Source: an uncultured Parachlamydiaceae bacterium
GTDB taxonomy: Bacteria > Chlamydiota > Chlamydiia > Chlamydiales > Parachlamydiaceae
Assembly (NCBI GenBank): GCA_963742415.1
Contig: CAVULX010000003.1
Coordinates: 32,001 to 96,000 of the forward strand
Direction: 5' to 3'
Length of the DNA: 64,000 nt
Both the position numbers and the translations under genes were made by a program. How positions within the stretch are numbered: the stretch's first letter is position 1; each line of letters opens with the position of its first letter. The notes below the pieces were generated by a model. It had not been told where the DNA came from and did no database searches. It saw nothing but the letters and a program-made list of their open reading frames with translations. Of the stretch, positions 19,137-29,887 are shown piece by piece.

Positions 19137-20294
19137 ATGAATCGAACAAAAAGGTCAGCGATTGCGTTTGTCATTCTTATGGGAATGGTGAGTCTCTTTG
19201 GTGACATGACTTATGAAGGCGCGCGGAGCATTACAGGTCAATATTTGGCTATTCTTGGTGCAAACGGAGCCATCGTTGGCGTTATAGCTGGATTTGGGGA
19301 GTTCATTGGTTACGGCTTCAGGCTTGTTTCTGGATATGTCAGTGATAAGACGGGAAAATACTGGCCGATCACGTTCATTGGGTACACGATTAACCTTTTA
19401 GCTGTTCCCCTTTTAGCTCTAGCGGGCAATTGGCCTGTAGCTGCTGCTTTAATCATTATTGAACGATTCGGGAAAGCTGTCCGCTCCCCAGCCAAAGACG
19501 CGATGCTTTCATATGCGACTAAGGAAGTGGGACGAGGGTGGGGATTTGGCCTCCATGAAGCTATGGATCAAGCCGGAGCTATTATAGGCCCGTTAATGAT
19601 GAGTTGTGTTCTTTATTTTCATGGAACATATCAAGCAGGGTTTGCGCTTCTTTTAATTCCCGCTTTATGCGCCTTAGCCGTATTAACGTGCGCGAGAATT
19701 TCTTACCCTAGTCCGGAAAAATTGGAGATTGCGCAGCCCAAGTTGAGTGGAGAGCGTTTGAACAGGAAATATTGGCTTTATGTCATTGCAGTTTCATGTG
19801 TGGCGGCAGGTTATGTGGATTTTGCTTTGATTGCTTTTCATTTAAAAAAAGGATCGCTTATTTCAGATGCTTGGATATCTATCATTTTTTCTATTTCCAT
19901 GGGAGCAGCAGGGGTAGCAGCTCTAGTTTTTGGAAAGCTTTATGATCGGTGGGGTTTTTCCGTTTTAATTTTTGCGACAGCTCTTGCATCCTTATTCGCA
20001 CTATTGGTATTTATTGATGGATTTTATTTCGCGTTAGCAGGAATGATTTTGTGGGGTATGGGGCTGGGAACTCAAGAGTCGATCATGCGCGCCTTTGTGG
20101 CTGATCTTGTCCAGATGAATAAGAGAGCCACTGCTTATGGAATTTTGAATATCTGGTTTGGAATTTTCTGGTTTGTAGGAAGCGCTTTGATGGGTTTTTT
20201 ATATGATATTTCGGTGACCTATTTAATCATTTTTTCCATGAGCATCCAGCTCTGTTCCATTCCTCTCCTTTTTGCGGTGAAGCATTCAGAATGA
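19137..20294 (+). CDS. MFS transporter
   Basis: SLFGDMTYEG, SGYVSDKTG, ERFGKAVRSPAKDA, GKLYDRWG; ~12 TM helices. Confidence 0.9.
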   Translation: MNRTKRSAIAFVILMGMVSLFGDMTYEGARSITGQYLAILGANGAIVGVIAGFGEFIGYGFRLVSGYVSDKTGKYWPITFIGYTINLLAVPLLALAGNWPVAAALIIIERFGKAVRSPAKDAMLSYATKEVGRGWGFGLHEAMDQAGAIIGPLMMSCVLYFHGTYQAGFALLLIPALCALAVLTCARISYPSPEKLEIAQPKLSGERLNRKYWLYVIAVSCVAAGYVDFALIAFHLKKGSLISDAWISIIFSISMGAAGVAALVFGKLYDRWGFSVLIFATALASLFALLVFIDGFYFALAGMILWGMGLGTQESIMRAFVADLVQMNKRATAYGILNIWFGIFWFVGSALMGFLYDISVTYLIIFSMSIQLCSIPLLFAVKHSE

Positions 20295-20461
20295 AAACTA
20301 AAAGACTGTTATGTCCTTATAACAAATTTTTATTTGATAAAAAGCATCTTGATAATCTTTAATGGTGCTCAAAGAGAGTTGCGAATATTAAATATTGAAC
20401 ATGAAAGTCTTTGAATCAGTCTAAAACTAGATAAACAAATTATAATTATTTCAGGAGCTCT

Positions 20462-21742
20462 ATGATCTTTGAATCATATAGTAGGGGAATAACTAATAGC
20501 CCCTTTGACATTGTTGGTGAAAGCGAATGGGGATTTAGTAGCAATTTTCATGATGTTGAGACTGTTGAAACCGGATTTATGCCAACAGACAATCTTTCAA
20601 CCGGAGAAAATGGTATTGACGAAATGTATGATGAGCCTCTTTCAATGGACCTAGTTGGAAAAATTGATCTGTTTAATCCATGTGTGGGTAATGACACTCA
20701 AAATTTCCCCTTTATAACGTTTGAAGGGTTAGGTAATTTTTTAAAATCACCATTTCAAGAAAATGCCCAAGAAGCCCTAGAACAAAATTCCTGCACCAGC
20801 AATACAGAAAACACACCCGAAGTTTCAAAAAAACGTACAAGAAAACCTTCTTCTGGTAAAAAAGAAACTCTCAACACCTCAAAAAAACGTAAAAAGGACC
20901 CTTATTCTTCTACTGAATATGGTAAAAGTTATCGAGAAGCCCAGAAAAAATATAATGAACATCTTGAAGAAAAAGTAACTGATTTGTTTAAAACTTTTAA
21001 AGATCTGTTGAAACAAATGAAAGCCAAGTCTCAGAATTCTCTACAGCCACCCGATCAAGACATGCTTCAGAAATCTTTTAATGAGCTTCGGGAATCTTTA
21101 CGGCCTCTAGATTATTCAAGTTGGAAGAATAAAAATAATGTAATTCCTTTTTCTGAATTTGCTAAATCTAAGTCAAATTTAAATCGTTCTTCATACTATA
21201 ACGATATTCGCGATAAATATAATAGTTACAAAATCTTATTAATAAATAAATTATTTAAAAAAATTAATCAAGGCCGTGCGTTATTGGAATTGACAGAGAT
21301 TATTGAGGAACCTGCTGTCTCTTTTTATGAATTTAGACAATCTATCAAGAACAAAGACCATTTAATAAGCAAATCTCAAACAGAAAGCCTCTCACAAAAT
21401 TCAAATCAAGAAAATCAAAAAATTTTTCTTGAAGGCTATAATATTAAAGCAATCGGCTACCTTTTGAAGGATAACCGCTTACTTGTAAAAAAGGATTCTG
21501 AGGCATGCATGATAGAGGCAAAATCATTAAAAGAATATTATATCAAGATCCGTCAACAACTTGTGAAAGATAAGATTCTCATTCTCGAAGAAAAAAGATA
21601 TAAATTTACAAAGGATTATATCTTCAGGACTCCCACATTGGCCGCCTCGGCAATTCTTGGAACGGCTGTTAATGGGAAAAGATATTGGAAAAATGAGTCA
21701 GGGCAATCTATTACAAAAGTCGAATCGAATAAATCGGTTTGA
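20462..21742 (+). CDS. Array member A1: acidic N-terminus + NLS + bZIP-like helical module + C-terminal DUF4357-like domain
   Basis: C-terminal LLVKKDSEA...YKFTKDYIFRTPTLAASAILGTAVNGKRYWKNESG; KKRTRK and KKRKK. Confidence 0.75.
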   Translation: MIFESYSRGITNSPFDIVGESEWGFSSNFHDVETVETGFMPTDNLSTGENGIDEMYDEPLSMDLVGKIDLFNPCVGNDTQNFPFITFEGLGNFLKSPFQENAQEALEQNSCTSNTENTPEVSKKRTRKPSSGKKETLNTSKKRKKDPYSSTEYGKSYREAQKKYNEHLEEKVTDLFKTFKDLLKQMKAKSQNSLQPPDQDMLQKSFNELRESLRPLDYSSWKNKNNVIPFSEFAKSKSNLNRSSYYNDIRDKYNSYKILLINKLFKKINQGRALLELTEIIEEPAVSFYEFRQSIKNKDHLISKSQTESLSQNSNQENQKIFLEGYNIKAIGYLLKDNRLLVKKDSEACMIEAKSLKEYYIKIRQQLVKDKILILEEKRYKFTKDYIFRTPTLAASAILGTAVNGKRYWKNESGQSITKVESNKSV

Positions 21743-21859
21743 TAAAAAACATCTTGATAATCTTAAATAGTGCTCAAAGAGAGTTGCGAATATTGAACAT
21801 GAAAGTCTTTGAATCAGTCTAAAACTAGATTAACCAATCATAAATATCTAAGGAGATCT

Positions 21860-23104
21860 ATGTACTCGGAAACAACTTTGAATAATGGAACTGCTTTTTT
21901 TAATATCCCCTTTGACTTTGCTTCTGAAAAGGGTACCATTGGTAGTTTTTATGTTGAAGAAACTATTGAAACTGGATGTATGCCAACAGGCGATCTTCCA
22001 ACTAGAGAAAATGATATTTTGTTTGATGATCCTCTTTCAATGGGCCTAGTTGAAAAAATTAATCTTTTTAATCCATTTGTGAGTAATGACTCTCAGAATT
22101 CCCCCTCTGTAACGTCAGAAGCATTAGATGATTTTTTAAGTGTATCATCTCAAGACAATGCCCAAGAAGTCCTAGAACAAAATTCCTGTATTAGCAATAA
22201 AGAAAACACCCCCGCAGTTTCAAAAAAACGTAAAAGAAAACATTCTTCAAAAGAAACTTCCTATGTCTCAAAACTACCTAAAACGGACTCTGTTTCTATT
22301 GAATATATGAAAAATTATCGAGAAGCCCAAAGAAATTATAATAAATATCTTGAAAAAAGAGTAGATGATCTATTTAAAACTTTTATAGATATGTGGGAAC
22401 AAATAAAAGCTAAGTATCAGAATTCCCTACAGCCTTTCGATCAAGACGTGCTTCAGAAATTTAAAGAGCTTCGAAAGTCTTTACGGCCTCTAAATTTTTC
22501 AAGTTGGAAGAAAAAAAATAATGTACTCTCTTTTCCTGTATCTAAGTCAAATTCAAAGCGTTCTACATTCTATAGAGAGATTCACGAAAAATATGATAAT
22601 TACAAAATCTCATTAATCAATAAATTATTTATAAAAATTAATGAAGGCCATGCGTTATTGGGGTGGCCAAAGCTTATCGAGGAACCTGTTATTTCTTTTT
22701 CTGATTATAGGCAATTTAACGATAACAATGACTATCCAACGAATCAAGAAAATCAAAGATATATTCTTAAGCGCAAAAGGAAAATTATTGCAATCGCCTA
22801 CCTTATGAGTGATAACCGCATGTGTGTAATGAAGGATTCTAAAGCACGCATGTCGGAGGCAAAATCCTTGAAAAATGGTTATTCCGAACTCCGTCAGCAA
22901 CTCGTGGAAGGTGGGATTCTAATTCCTGATGATAAGAGTCCAATTTCCGAAGAAAAACTATATATATTTACAACGAATTATACCTTCAAATCTGCCACAT
23001 CGGCTGCCGTGGCAATTCTTGGAAGAACTGTAAGTGGGAAAAATCTTTGGAAAAATGAGTCAGGGCAATCTATTACAAAAGTCGAATCGAATAAATGGGT
23101 TTGA
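21860..23104 (+). CDS. Array member A2 (same architecture as A1)
   Basis: AAGGAG RBS before ATG 21860; KKRKRK; FKSATSAAVAILGRTVSGKNLWKNESG. Confidence 0.75.
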   Translation: MYSETTLNNGTAFFNIPFDFASEKGTIGSFYVEETIETGCMPTGDLPTRENDILFDDPLSMGLVEKINLFNPFVSNDSQNSPSVTSEALDDFLSVSSQDNAQEVLEQNSCISNKENTPAVSKKRKRKHSSKETSYVSKLPKTDSVSIEYMKNYREAQRNYNKYLEKRVDDLFKTFIDMWEQIKAKYQNSLQPFDQDVLQKFKELRKSLRPLNFSSWKKKNNVLSFPVSKSNSKRSTFYREIHEKYDNYKISLINKLFIKINEGHALLGWPKLIEEPVISFSDYRQFNDNNDYPTNQENQRYILKRKRKIIAIAYLMSDNRMCVMKDSKARMSEAKSLKNGYSELRQQLVEGGILIPDDKSPISEEKLYIFTTNYTFKSATSAAVAILGRTVSGKNLWKNESGQSITKVESNKWV

Positions 23105-23151
23105 TAAACATTATGTAAATATACTTTAATATCAATAATTCAAGGAGATAT

Positions 23152-24012
23152 ATGACCATCAATTTACGTCCGACTGAGCCTAATATCTCAAGTATCAATT
23201 TTTGGGATGAAGGAGAAATTGAATCTGGATTGGAGTCAAGAAAAACTTTAAACGGAGGAAATGATGTTGACGAAATATTTAAGAGTGATGATTTATCTCT
23301 TGACCTGATTGAAAAAGTTGATTTTTTTAATCCATGTGGGGATCAGTATCTTCAAAAATTACCCTCTTATGCATCTGAAGATTCAGTGAATTTTGTTGAA
23401 AAAAAAACCGAGATGAATGAAGTGACTTATATAGTCGATTTTGTGGATAGGTTTGGGAAGAATATTGAATTTTCTTCCGGAGTTGATGATTTAGATGATA
23501 TAAAACTTCCTCCATCAAAAAAACGTAAAATTGGCCCATTAAATGACCAGAATATTTTTCAGACCAGACATGATGTCTCAAGTTCAGCAGAGGAAATTGG
23601 CGAAAAATATACTATAAAAGAGAATCAAATTTATGCTATCGGCTACCCTTTGGGCGGAAAGAGCATGCGTGTAAAAGAAGGCTCTACGGCGAGCCTGAGT
23701 GAGGTACCATTGTTAAATAAATGTCATGTCATATGCCGCAAAAGTCTTGTGCAAAATGGTGTTCTAACTGTAACTACCGATGGTACAAAATATAGATTTA
23801 CAAGAGATTTCGACTTCAAGTCATCCACAGGTGCTGCCTCGGTCATCCGCGGAAAAAATTCATGTGGGACTGTATGTTGGAAAAATGAGGCGGGGCTATG
23901 CATCAATAAAAAGAAATATCAGAGGACTAAGAAAGGTCAAATGAATTCTTCAAAAATACTTGCGAAAGGAACCGCGATCAACCGGTCTATAAGTGAGAGC
24001 CTGAATTTTTAA
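23152..24012 (+). CDS. Array member B1: acidic N-terminus + NLS + DUF4357-like domain
   Basis: PPSKKRKIGP; YRFTRDFDFKSSTGAASVIRGKNSCGTVCWKNEAG. Confidence 0.75.
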   Translation: MTINLRPTEPNISSINFWDEGEIESGLESRKTLNGGNDVDEIFKSDDLSLDLIEKVDFFNPCGDQYLQKLPSYASEDSVNFVEKKTEMNEVTYIVDFVDRFGKNIEFSSGVDDLDDIKLPPSKKRKIGPLNDQNIFQTRHDVSSSAEEIGEKYTIKENQIYAIGYPLGGKSMRVKEGSTASLSEVPLLNKCHVICRKSLVQNGVLTVTTDGTKYRFTRDFDFKSSTGAASVIRGKNSCGTVCWKNEAGLCINKKKYQRTKKGQMNSSKILAKGTAINRSISESLNF

Positions 24013-24185
24013 AATAACTAAAAAGGAAAGCAAACTGTCTTTATAACAAATTTTTATTTGATAAAAAACATCTTGATAATCTTTAATAGTGCTCAAAGAG
24101 AGTTGCGAATATTAAATATTGAACATGAAAGTCTTTGAATCAGCCTAAAACTAGATTAACAAATCATAAATATTTAAGGAGATCT

Positions 24186-25451
24186 ATGTCCTTTGGTATA
24201 AATTTGAATAACGGAACAACTTTTTGTAATAGCCCCTCCTTTGACTTTGTACCTGGAAGCGAACGGGGATTCAGTTGCAATTTTTATAATGATGAAACTA
24301 TTGAAAATGGATTTATGCCAACAGACAATCTTCCAACTGAAAAAAATGGTCTTTTGTTTAATGAGCCTCTCTCAATGGACCTAGATGTAAATCTTCGCAA
24401 TCCATGTGTGAGTAATGACACTCAAAGTTTTCCCTTTACAACGTTTGAAGAATTAGGTAATGATTTAAAATCGTCATCTCCAGACAATGCCCAAGAAGTA
24501 CTAGAACAAAATTCCGGTATCAGCACAGAAAACACCCCCGCATTTTCAAAAAAACGTACAAGAAATCCTTCTATTGATACAAAAGAAACTCTCAATCCCT
24601 CCAAAAAACCTAGAAAGGATCCTTATTCTTCCATTAAATATATGCAAAATTATCGAGAAGCCCAGAAAAACTATGAAGAATATCTTAAGGCAAGAGTAAA
24701 TGACTTGTTTAAAACTTTTTTAGTTCTGTTGAAACAAATGAAAGCCTATCATAAGAATTCCCTACAGTCTTTCGATCAAGACGTGCATCAGAAATTTAAC
24801 AACCTTCAAAAGTCTTTACGGCCTCTAAATTTTTCAAGTTGGAAGAAAAAAAATAATATACTCCCTTTTTCTGAAGTTGCTAAAACCCAGTCAGATTTAA
24901 AGAGTTCTACATACTATAGAGAGATTCACAATAAATATGATAATTACAAAATCTTATTAATCGATAAATTATTTAAAAAAATTAATGAAGGCCGTGCGTT
25001 ATTGGGGTTGCCAGAGGTTATTGAGGAACCCGCCGTTTATTTTTATGAATTTAGACAAAACGGCAATAACAAAGACTATCCAATAAGCAGATCTTACACA
25101 CAAAATACAAATCAAGAAAATCAAAAATATTTCCTTAAGAAAAAAAACAAAATTATAGCAACCGCCTCCCTTTTGCGTGGTAACCGCTTACGTGTAAAAA
25201 AAGATTCTGAGGCATATATGACGGAGGCAAAATCATCAAAAAAATGTTATATCAATATCCGTCAAAAACTTGTGAATGATGGGATTCTAATTCCCAAAAA
25301 TGAAAGATATATATTTACAAAGGATTATATTTTCAAGTCTGCCTCATTTGCTGCCTCGGCAATTCTTGGAGCATCTGTAGCTGGGAAAAGTCTTTGGAAA
25401 AATGAATCAGGGCAAAGTATTAAACAAGTCGAGTCGAATAAACAAGTTTGA
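24186..25451 (+). CDS. Array member A3
   Basis: AAGGAG RBS before ATG 24186; KKRTR, KKPRK; FKSASFAASAILGASVAGKSLWKNESG. Confidence 0.75.
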   Translation: MSFGINLNNGTTFCNSPSFDFVPGSERGFSCNFYNDETIENGFMPTDNLPTEKNGLLFNEPLSMDLDVNLRNPCVSNDTQSFPFTTFEELGNDLKSSSPDNAQEVLEQNSGISTENTPAFSKKRTRNPSIDTKETLNPSKKPRKDPYSSIKYMQNYREAQKNYEEYLKARVNDLFKTFLVLLKQMKAYHKNSLQSFDQDVHQKFNNLQKSLRPLNFSSWKKKNNILPFSEVAKTQSDLKSSTYYREIHNKYDNYKILLIDKLFKKINEGRALLGLPEVIEEPAVYFYEFRQNGNNKDYPISRSYTQNTNQENQKYFLKKKNKIIATASLLRGNRLRVKKDSEAYMTEAKSSKKCYINIRQKLVNDGILIPKNERYIFTKDYIFKSASFAASAILGASVAGKSLWKNESGQSIKQVESNKQV

Positions 25452-25497
25452 TAACCGTTTGTAAATACATTCTAATATCAATAATTCAAGGAGATCT

Positions 25498-25892
25498 ATG
25501 TTCATTAATTCATATTCGGCTGACTCTAATACCTTAAACGGCAATTTTTGGGATGTAGTAAAAATTGAATCTGGATCGGAGTCAAGAAACATTTTAAACG
25601 AAAGAAATTATGTTAATGAAATATTTAATAGTGATTTATCATTAAGGAGGCAAAATCGATAGATAAATGTTATGCCAAGTGGCGTAAAAAACTTGTGAAA
25701 AATGATGTTCTAACTGCAACTGAGGATGGAAAAAAATATAAATTTACCGCGGATTTCATCTTCCGGTCACCCTCACATGCTGCCTCGGTCATCTGCGGAA
25801 AAAATACAAGCGGGCCTGGAAATTGGAAAAATGAGGCGGGAAAAAGTATTAGGCAATTAATTGAAACGAAAAAAAAATTCAGAGGACTATGA
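25498..25892 (+). pseudogene. Array member B2: internally deleted, frameshifted
   Basis: B-type N-terminus (MFINSYSADSNTLNGNFWD...) is fused out of frame at ~25645 to a DUF4357 half (EAKSIDKCYAK...GPGNWKNEAG); ~660 bp missing relative to B3. Confidence 0.8.
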
Positions 25893-26084
25893 AAGGTAAG
25901 CAAATTGTTTTTTTATAATAAATTCGTATTTGCTAAAAAAACATTTTATACATTAAAGAGTAGATTTTTGTTTAATTAATTTTGTATAAATGTTAGGTTA
26001 TAAAAAATTAAATAGAATTCTACTATGAAGCATTAAATGTGCTATAGAATTTGATTAACTAATAACAATAATTTAAGGAATTAT

Positions 26085-26939
26085 ATGTCTACTCAACCTG
26101 TTTATTTTAATCCAATAAATTACCCTCTTACAAATTATTCAGGACTTGAAAGCCAACAAAAATCAGGTTTATGTTTTCAGGATTGCGATGTTCATAATGG
26201 ATCAGTAAGTGAATTGGAACCGAATAGCAATTATTCAAATGTTAATAAAAATTCATTTAACACAAAAAGTTTGGAAAAACTGGCTTATAAAACTCATCAG
26301 GTTATTGTTGGGGCTAATATATCTTTAGATTCTTCTGAACCCAAATATTTAGGAGCTTTTGACGAAACTACTGCCAATTCTCAAAGTGTCCTTAAGCAAA
26401 CTTCCCTCAACGACGATACAGATTGCCTCAGAGAGTCAAATAAACGTAAAAGAGAATCTTCAGCTCAAGCTCGAATTTCTCAAAAGCGTCCAAAGGGTTG
26501 GATTTTCCATACCGCAAATCCTGCAGTCAAGAAAAACTTAAAAAAGCCTTCTAATTTTCAAGACGTAGGTGATGCCCCAAACTCAAAATCAGAATCGGAT
26601 GAATACACTCTTAGGCGTAAAGAGATTCTTGCGACAGGCCAGCTTTTAAAAGATAATTCCATGCTTGTAAAAAAAGGTTCTACGGCTTGCATAGAGACAG
26701 TAGCATCAATGCATAATGGATATTTAAGACTCCGCGAAAAACTTTTGAAAAAAAATATTCTAGGTCTCGATCCCGATAGTGAAAATAAAAATTATATATT
26801 TAAAGATGAATATATCTTTAGGACGCCCTCACTAGCTGCCTCGGTGATCTCTGGGGCAAATGCAAGTGGAAGTGACTATTGGAAAAATAGGTCGAACCAA
26901 AGCATTAAGGCCGTCGAATTGAAGAAAAAAAATAGCTAG
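26085..26939 (+). CDS. Array member C1: low-complexity N-terminus + NLS + DUF4357-like domain
   Basis: KRKRE; YIFKDEYIFRTPSLAASVISGANASGSDYWKN. Confidence 0.75.
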   Translation: MSTQPVYFNPINYPLTNYSGLESQQKSGLCFQDCDVHNGSVSELEPNSNYSNVNKNSFNTKSLEKLAYKTHQVIVGANISLDSSEPKYLGAFDETTANSQSVLKQTSLNDDTDCLRESNKRKRESSAQARISQKRPKGWIFHTANPAVKKNLKKPSNFQDVGDAPNSKSESDEYTLRRKEILATGQLLKDNSMLVKKGSTACIETVASMHNGYLRLREKLLKKNILGLDPDSENKNYIFKDEYIFRTPSLAASVISGANASGSDYWKNRSNQSIKAVELKKKNS

Positions 26940-27019
26940 ACATTACTCGGCTATGAGCTTGAATGATTCGGGCATATTATAAAATTAGATTAACAAATCA
27001 TAAATATTTAAGGAGATCT

Positions 27020-28303
27020 ATGCTCCCTGGTACAACTTTGAATAGCGGAACAACTTTTTACAATAGCCCCGACTTTGTACCTGGAAGCGAATGGGGATTC
27101 GGTAGCAATTTTTGTGATGATGAAACTATTGAAACTGAATTTATGCTAACAAACAATCTTCTAACTGGAGAAAATGGTCTTGGCGAAAAGTTTAATGAGC
27201 ATCTTTCAATGGACCTAGTTGAAAAAATTGATCTGTTTAATCCATGTGTGGGTAATCACACTCAAAGTTTCCCCTTTACAACGTTTGAAGAATTAGGTAA
27301 TGATTTACAATCGTCACCTCAAGACAATGCCCAAGAAGTCCTAGAACAAAATTCCTGCACCAGCAATACAGAAAGCTCTCCCAAAGCTTCAAGAAAACGT
27401 AGAAGAAAACCTTCTATTGATACAAAAAAAACTCTCAATGCCTCAAAAAAACCTAAAAAGGACCGATATTTTGAATATAGAAAAAATTATCGAGAAGCCG
27501 AGAAAAATTATGATATATATCTTGAAGAAAGAGTAAAAAATTTGTTTAAAACTTTTATAGGACTGTGGGATCAAATGAAAGCCAAGCATCAGAATTCTCT
27601 ACAGCCTCCCGCTCAAGACATGCTTCAGAAATCTTTTAATGAGCTTCGGGAATCTTTACGGCCTCTAGATTTTTCAAGCTGGAAGATTAAAAATAATGTA
27701 CCTTCATTTACTGATTCTGCTAAAATTAAGTTAAATTTAAAAAATTCTACATACTATAAAGACATCCACGATAGATATAATAATTACAAAATCGTATTAA
27801 TTGATAATTTATTTAAAAAAATTAATGAAGGCCGTGCGTTATTGGGTTTGCCAGAGGTTATTGGGGTATCTACTGTTTCTTTTGATGAATTTAGGAAATA
27901 TATCAAAAATAAAGACTATCCCATAAGCAGTTCTCAAACACAGAGTCTCACACAAAGTTCAAATCAAGAAAATCAAAAATATATTCTTAAGGACAAGAAG
28001 AATATTAAAGCAATTGCTTACCTTTTGTGGGATAACAGCTTACTCGTAAAAAAGGATTCTGAGGCATGCATGATGGAGCCACAATCATTAAAGAAATGTT
28101 ATAGCAAGATCCGTCAAAAACTTGTGAAAGATATGGTTCTAATTCCCGAAAAAGGAAGATACATATTTACAAGTGACTATATCTTCAAGTCTCCCACATT
28201 TGCAGCCTCGGCGATCCTTGGATCATCTGTAAGTGGGAAAAAATATTGGAAAAATGAGTCAGGGCTAAGTATTGAACAAGTCGAATCAAAAAAATGGCTT
28301 TGA
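27020..28303 (+). CDS. Array member A4
   Basis: AAGGAG RBS before ATG 27020; RKRRRK, KKPKK; FKSPTFAASAILGSSVSGKKYWKNESG. Confidence 0.75.
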   Translation: MLPGTTLNSGTTFYNSPDFVPGSEWGFGSNFCDDETIETEFMLTNNLLTGENGLGEKFNEHLSMDLVEKIDLFNPCVGNHTQSFPFTTFEELGNDLQSSPQDNAQEVLEQNSCTSNTESSPKASRKRRRKPSIDTKKTLNASKKPKKDRYFEYRKNYREAEKNYDIYLEERVKNLFKTFIGLWDQMKAKHQNSLQPPAQDMLQKSFNELRESLRPLDFSSWKIKNNVPSFTDSAKIKLNLKNSTYYKDIHDRYNNYKIVLIDNLFKKINEGRALLGLPEVIGVSTVSFDEFRKYIKNKDYPISSSQTQSLTQSSNQENQKYILKDKKNIKAIAYLLWDNSLLVKKDSEACMMEPQSLKKCYSKIRQKLVKDMVLIPEKGRYIFTSDYIFKSPTFAASAILGSSVSGKKYWKNESGLSIEQVESKKWL

Positions 28304-28346
28304 CAAACTTTTGTGAACACCCTCTATCAATAATTCAAGGAGATAT

Positions 28347-29372
28347 ATGTCCATAGATGCACTGACTGACTCTAATACCTTAAGCTGCAGTTTTTGGGGT
28401 GAAGTAGAAATTGAATCTGAGTTAAGAGACATTTCAAATGAAGGAAATTATGTTAATAAAATATTTAATAATAATTTATCACTTGACCTGATTCAAAGAA
28501 TTGATTTTTTTAATCCATGTGCGGGGGAATATCTTCAAGACGTACCCTCTTTTACATCTGAAGATTCAGGAAATTTTGTAATGACATTTCAAGGAAAGCC
28601 ACCAGAAGTTCAAGAGCAAAATTCCTACGCCATCAGTACAAAAAAAACTCCTAATAACACGAAAAAACGTAAAATTGAGCCTTTATATTATCCTGATTGT
28701 GTAAAAAGACCTACGTATTGCGACCCGAACGTTTCTCTGTCAACTTTATTTTACAAGTATTATAGGCAGGAACCAAATGCTTGTTTTGATATCGAAGAAA
28801 TTCCTGAAGAGAAAGCTGAGATGAATTGTACAGATGAACCGACTTATATGGTCGGTTCTGAGGATAGGTTTGGGAAAATAATTGTACCTTCTTTCGGTGT
28901 TGATGATTTAGGTGATATAGAACATCCTGTCTCAAAAAAAAGTAAAATTGACCTTTTACATCATGCACAAAATGCTCAAAAAACTCTAAATGACCGGAAT
29001 ATTTTTCAGGCCATATGGGATGTCTCAAGTTCAGTAGCGGAAATTGGCGAAAAATATATTATAGAACATAAACAGATTTATGCTATCGGCTACCTTTTGA
29101 ACGATAACCGCATGCGCGTAAAAGCAGGTTCTACGGCATACCTGATGGAGGCAAAATCAATAGGTAAATGTTATGCAAGATGCCGTAATGAACTTATAAA
29201 AAGTGGAGTTCTAACTGTAACTGACGATGGTACAAAATATAGATTTACGGCAGATTTCGTCTTCAAGTCACCTTCGCGTGCTGCCTCGGTCATCCGCGGA
29301 ACAAATACAAGCGGGCCTGGATTTTGGAAAAATGAGGCGGGGAAAAGTATTAGGCAATTCAAAGGACTATGA
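28347..29372 (+). CDS. Array member B3
   Basis: KKRKIEP; YRFTADFVFKSPSRAASVIRGTNTSGPGFWKNEAG. Confidence 0.75.
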   Translation: MSIDALTDSNTLSCSFWGEVEIESELRDISNEGNYVNKIFNNNLSLDLIQRIDFFNPCAGEYLQDVPSFTSEDSGNFVMTFQGKPPEVQEQNSYAISTKKTPNNTKKRKIEPLYYPDCVKRPTYCDPNVSLSTLFYKYYRQEPNACFDIEEIPEEKAEMNCTDEPTYMVGSEDRFGKIIVPSFGVDDLGDIEHPVSKKSKIDLLHHAQNAQKTLNDRNIFQAIWDVSSSVAEIGEKYIIEHKQIYAIGYLLNDNRMRVKAGSTAYLMEAKSIGKCYARCRNELIKSGVLTVTDDGTKYRFTADFVFKSPSRAASVIRGTNTSGPGFWKNEAGKSIRQFKGL

Positions 29373-29425
29373 AAAGTTAAATCTAGTGAGGCATGCCAAT
29401 AAAGTTATTTGATAACAAATGTAGC

Positions 29426-29590
29426 TATACACAAACAACTTGAAAAATCGGTTTTAGGCTTAAGCGAAAGCTCTCGCGATTCGACTTCCGGAATCGACCC
29501 CATATTATAATATTGGGTCGATTCCGGAAGTCGAATCGCGAGAGCTTTCGCTTAAGCCTAAATTCCGATTTTTCAAGTCGTTTGGGTATA
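29426..29590. mobile_element. 165-bp near-perfect palindromic MITE (TATAC...GTATA ends)
   Basis: Self-complementary over almost its whole length; same termini as 38381-38459; absent from the paralogous site at ~23940. Confidence 0.8.
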
Positions 29591-29887
29591 ACATCGGCCC
29601 GACTATCAACTGTTACTTGAATTCTTCAAAAATACATGCGAAATTGAACCATGATCAACCTGTCAATAAGCGAGAGCCTTAATTTTTAAAATAATTAAAA
29701 AGGTAAGCAAATTGTTTTTTATAATAAACTTGTATTTGCTAAAAAAATTTTATTCATTAAAAAAGAGATTTTTGTTTAATTAATTTGGTAGAAATGTTAA
29801 GTTATAAAAATTTAAAAGAATTCTAATATGAAGTATTAAAAGTGTTATAAAATTAGATTAACTAATGCCAATAATTTAAGGAGATAT

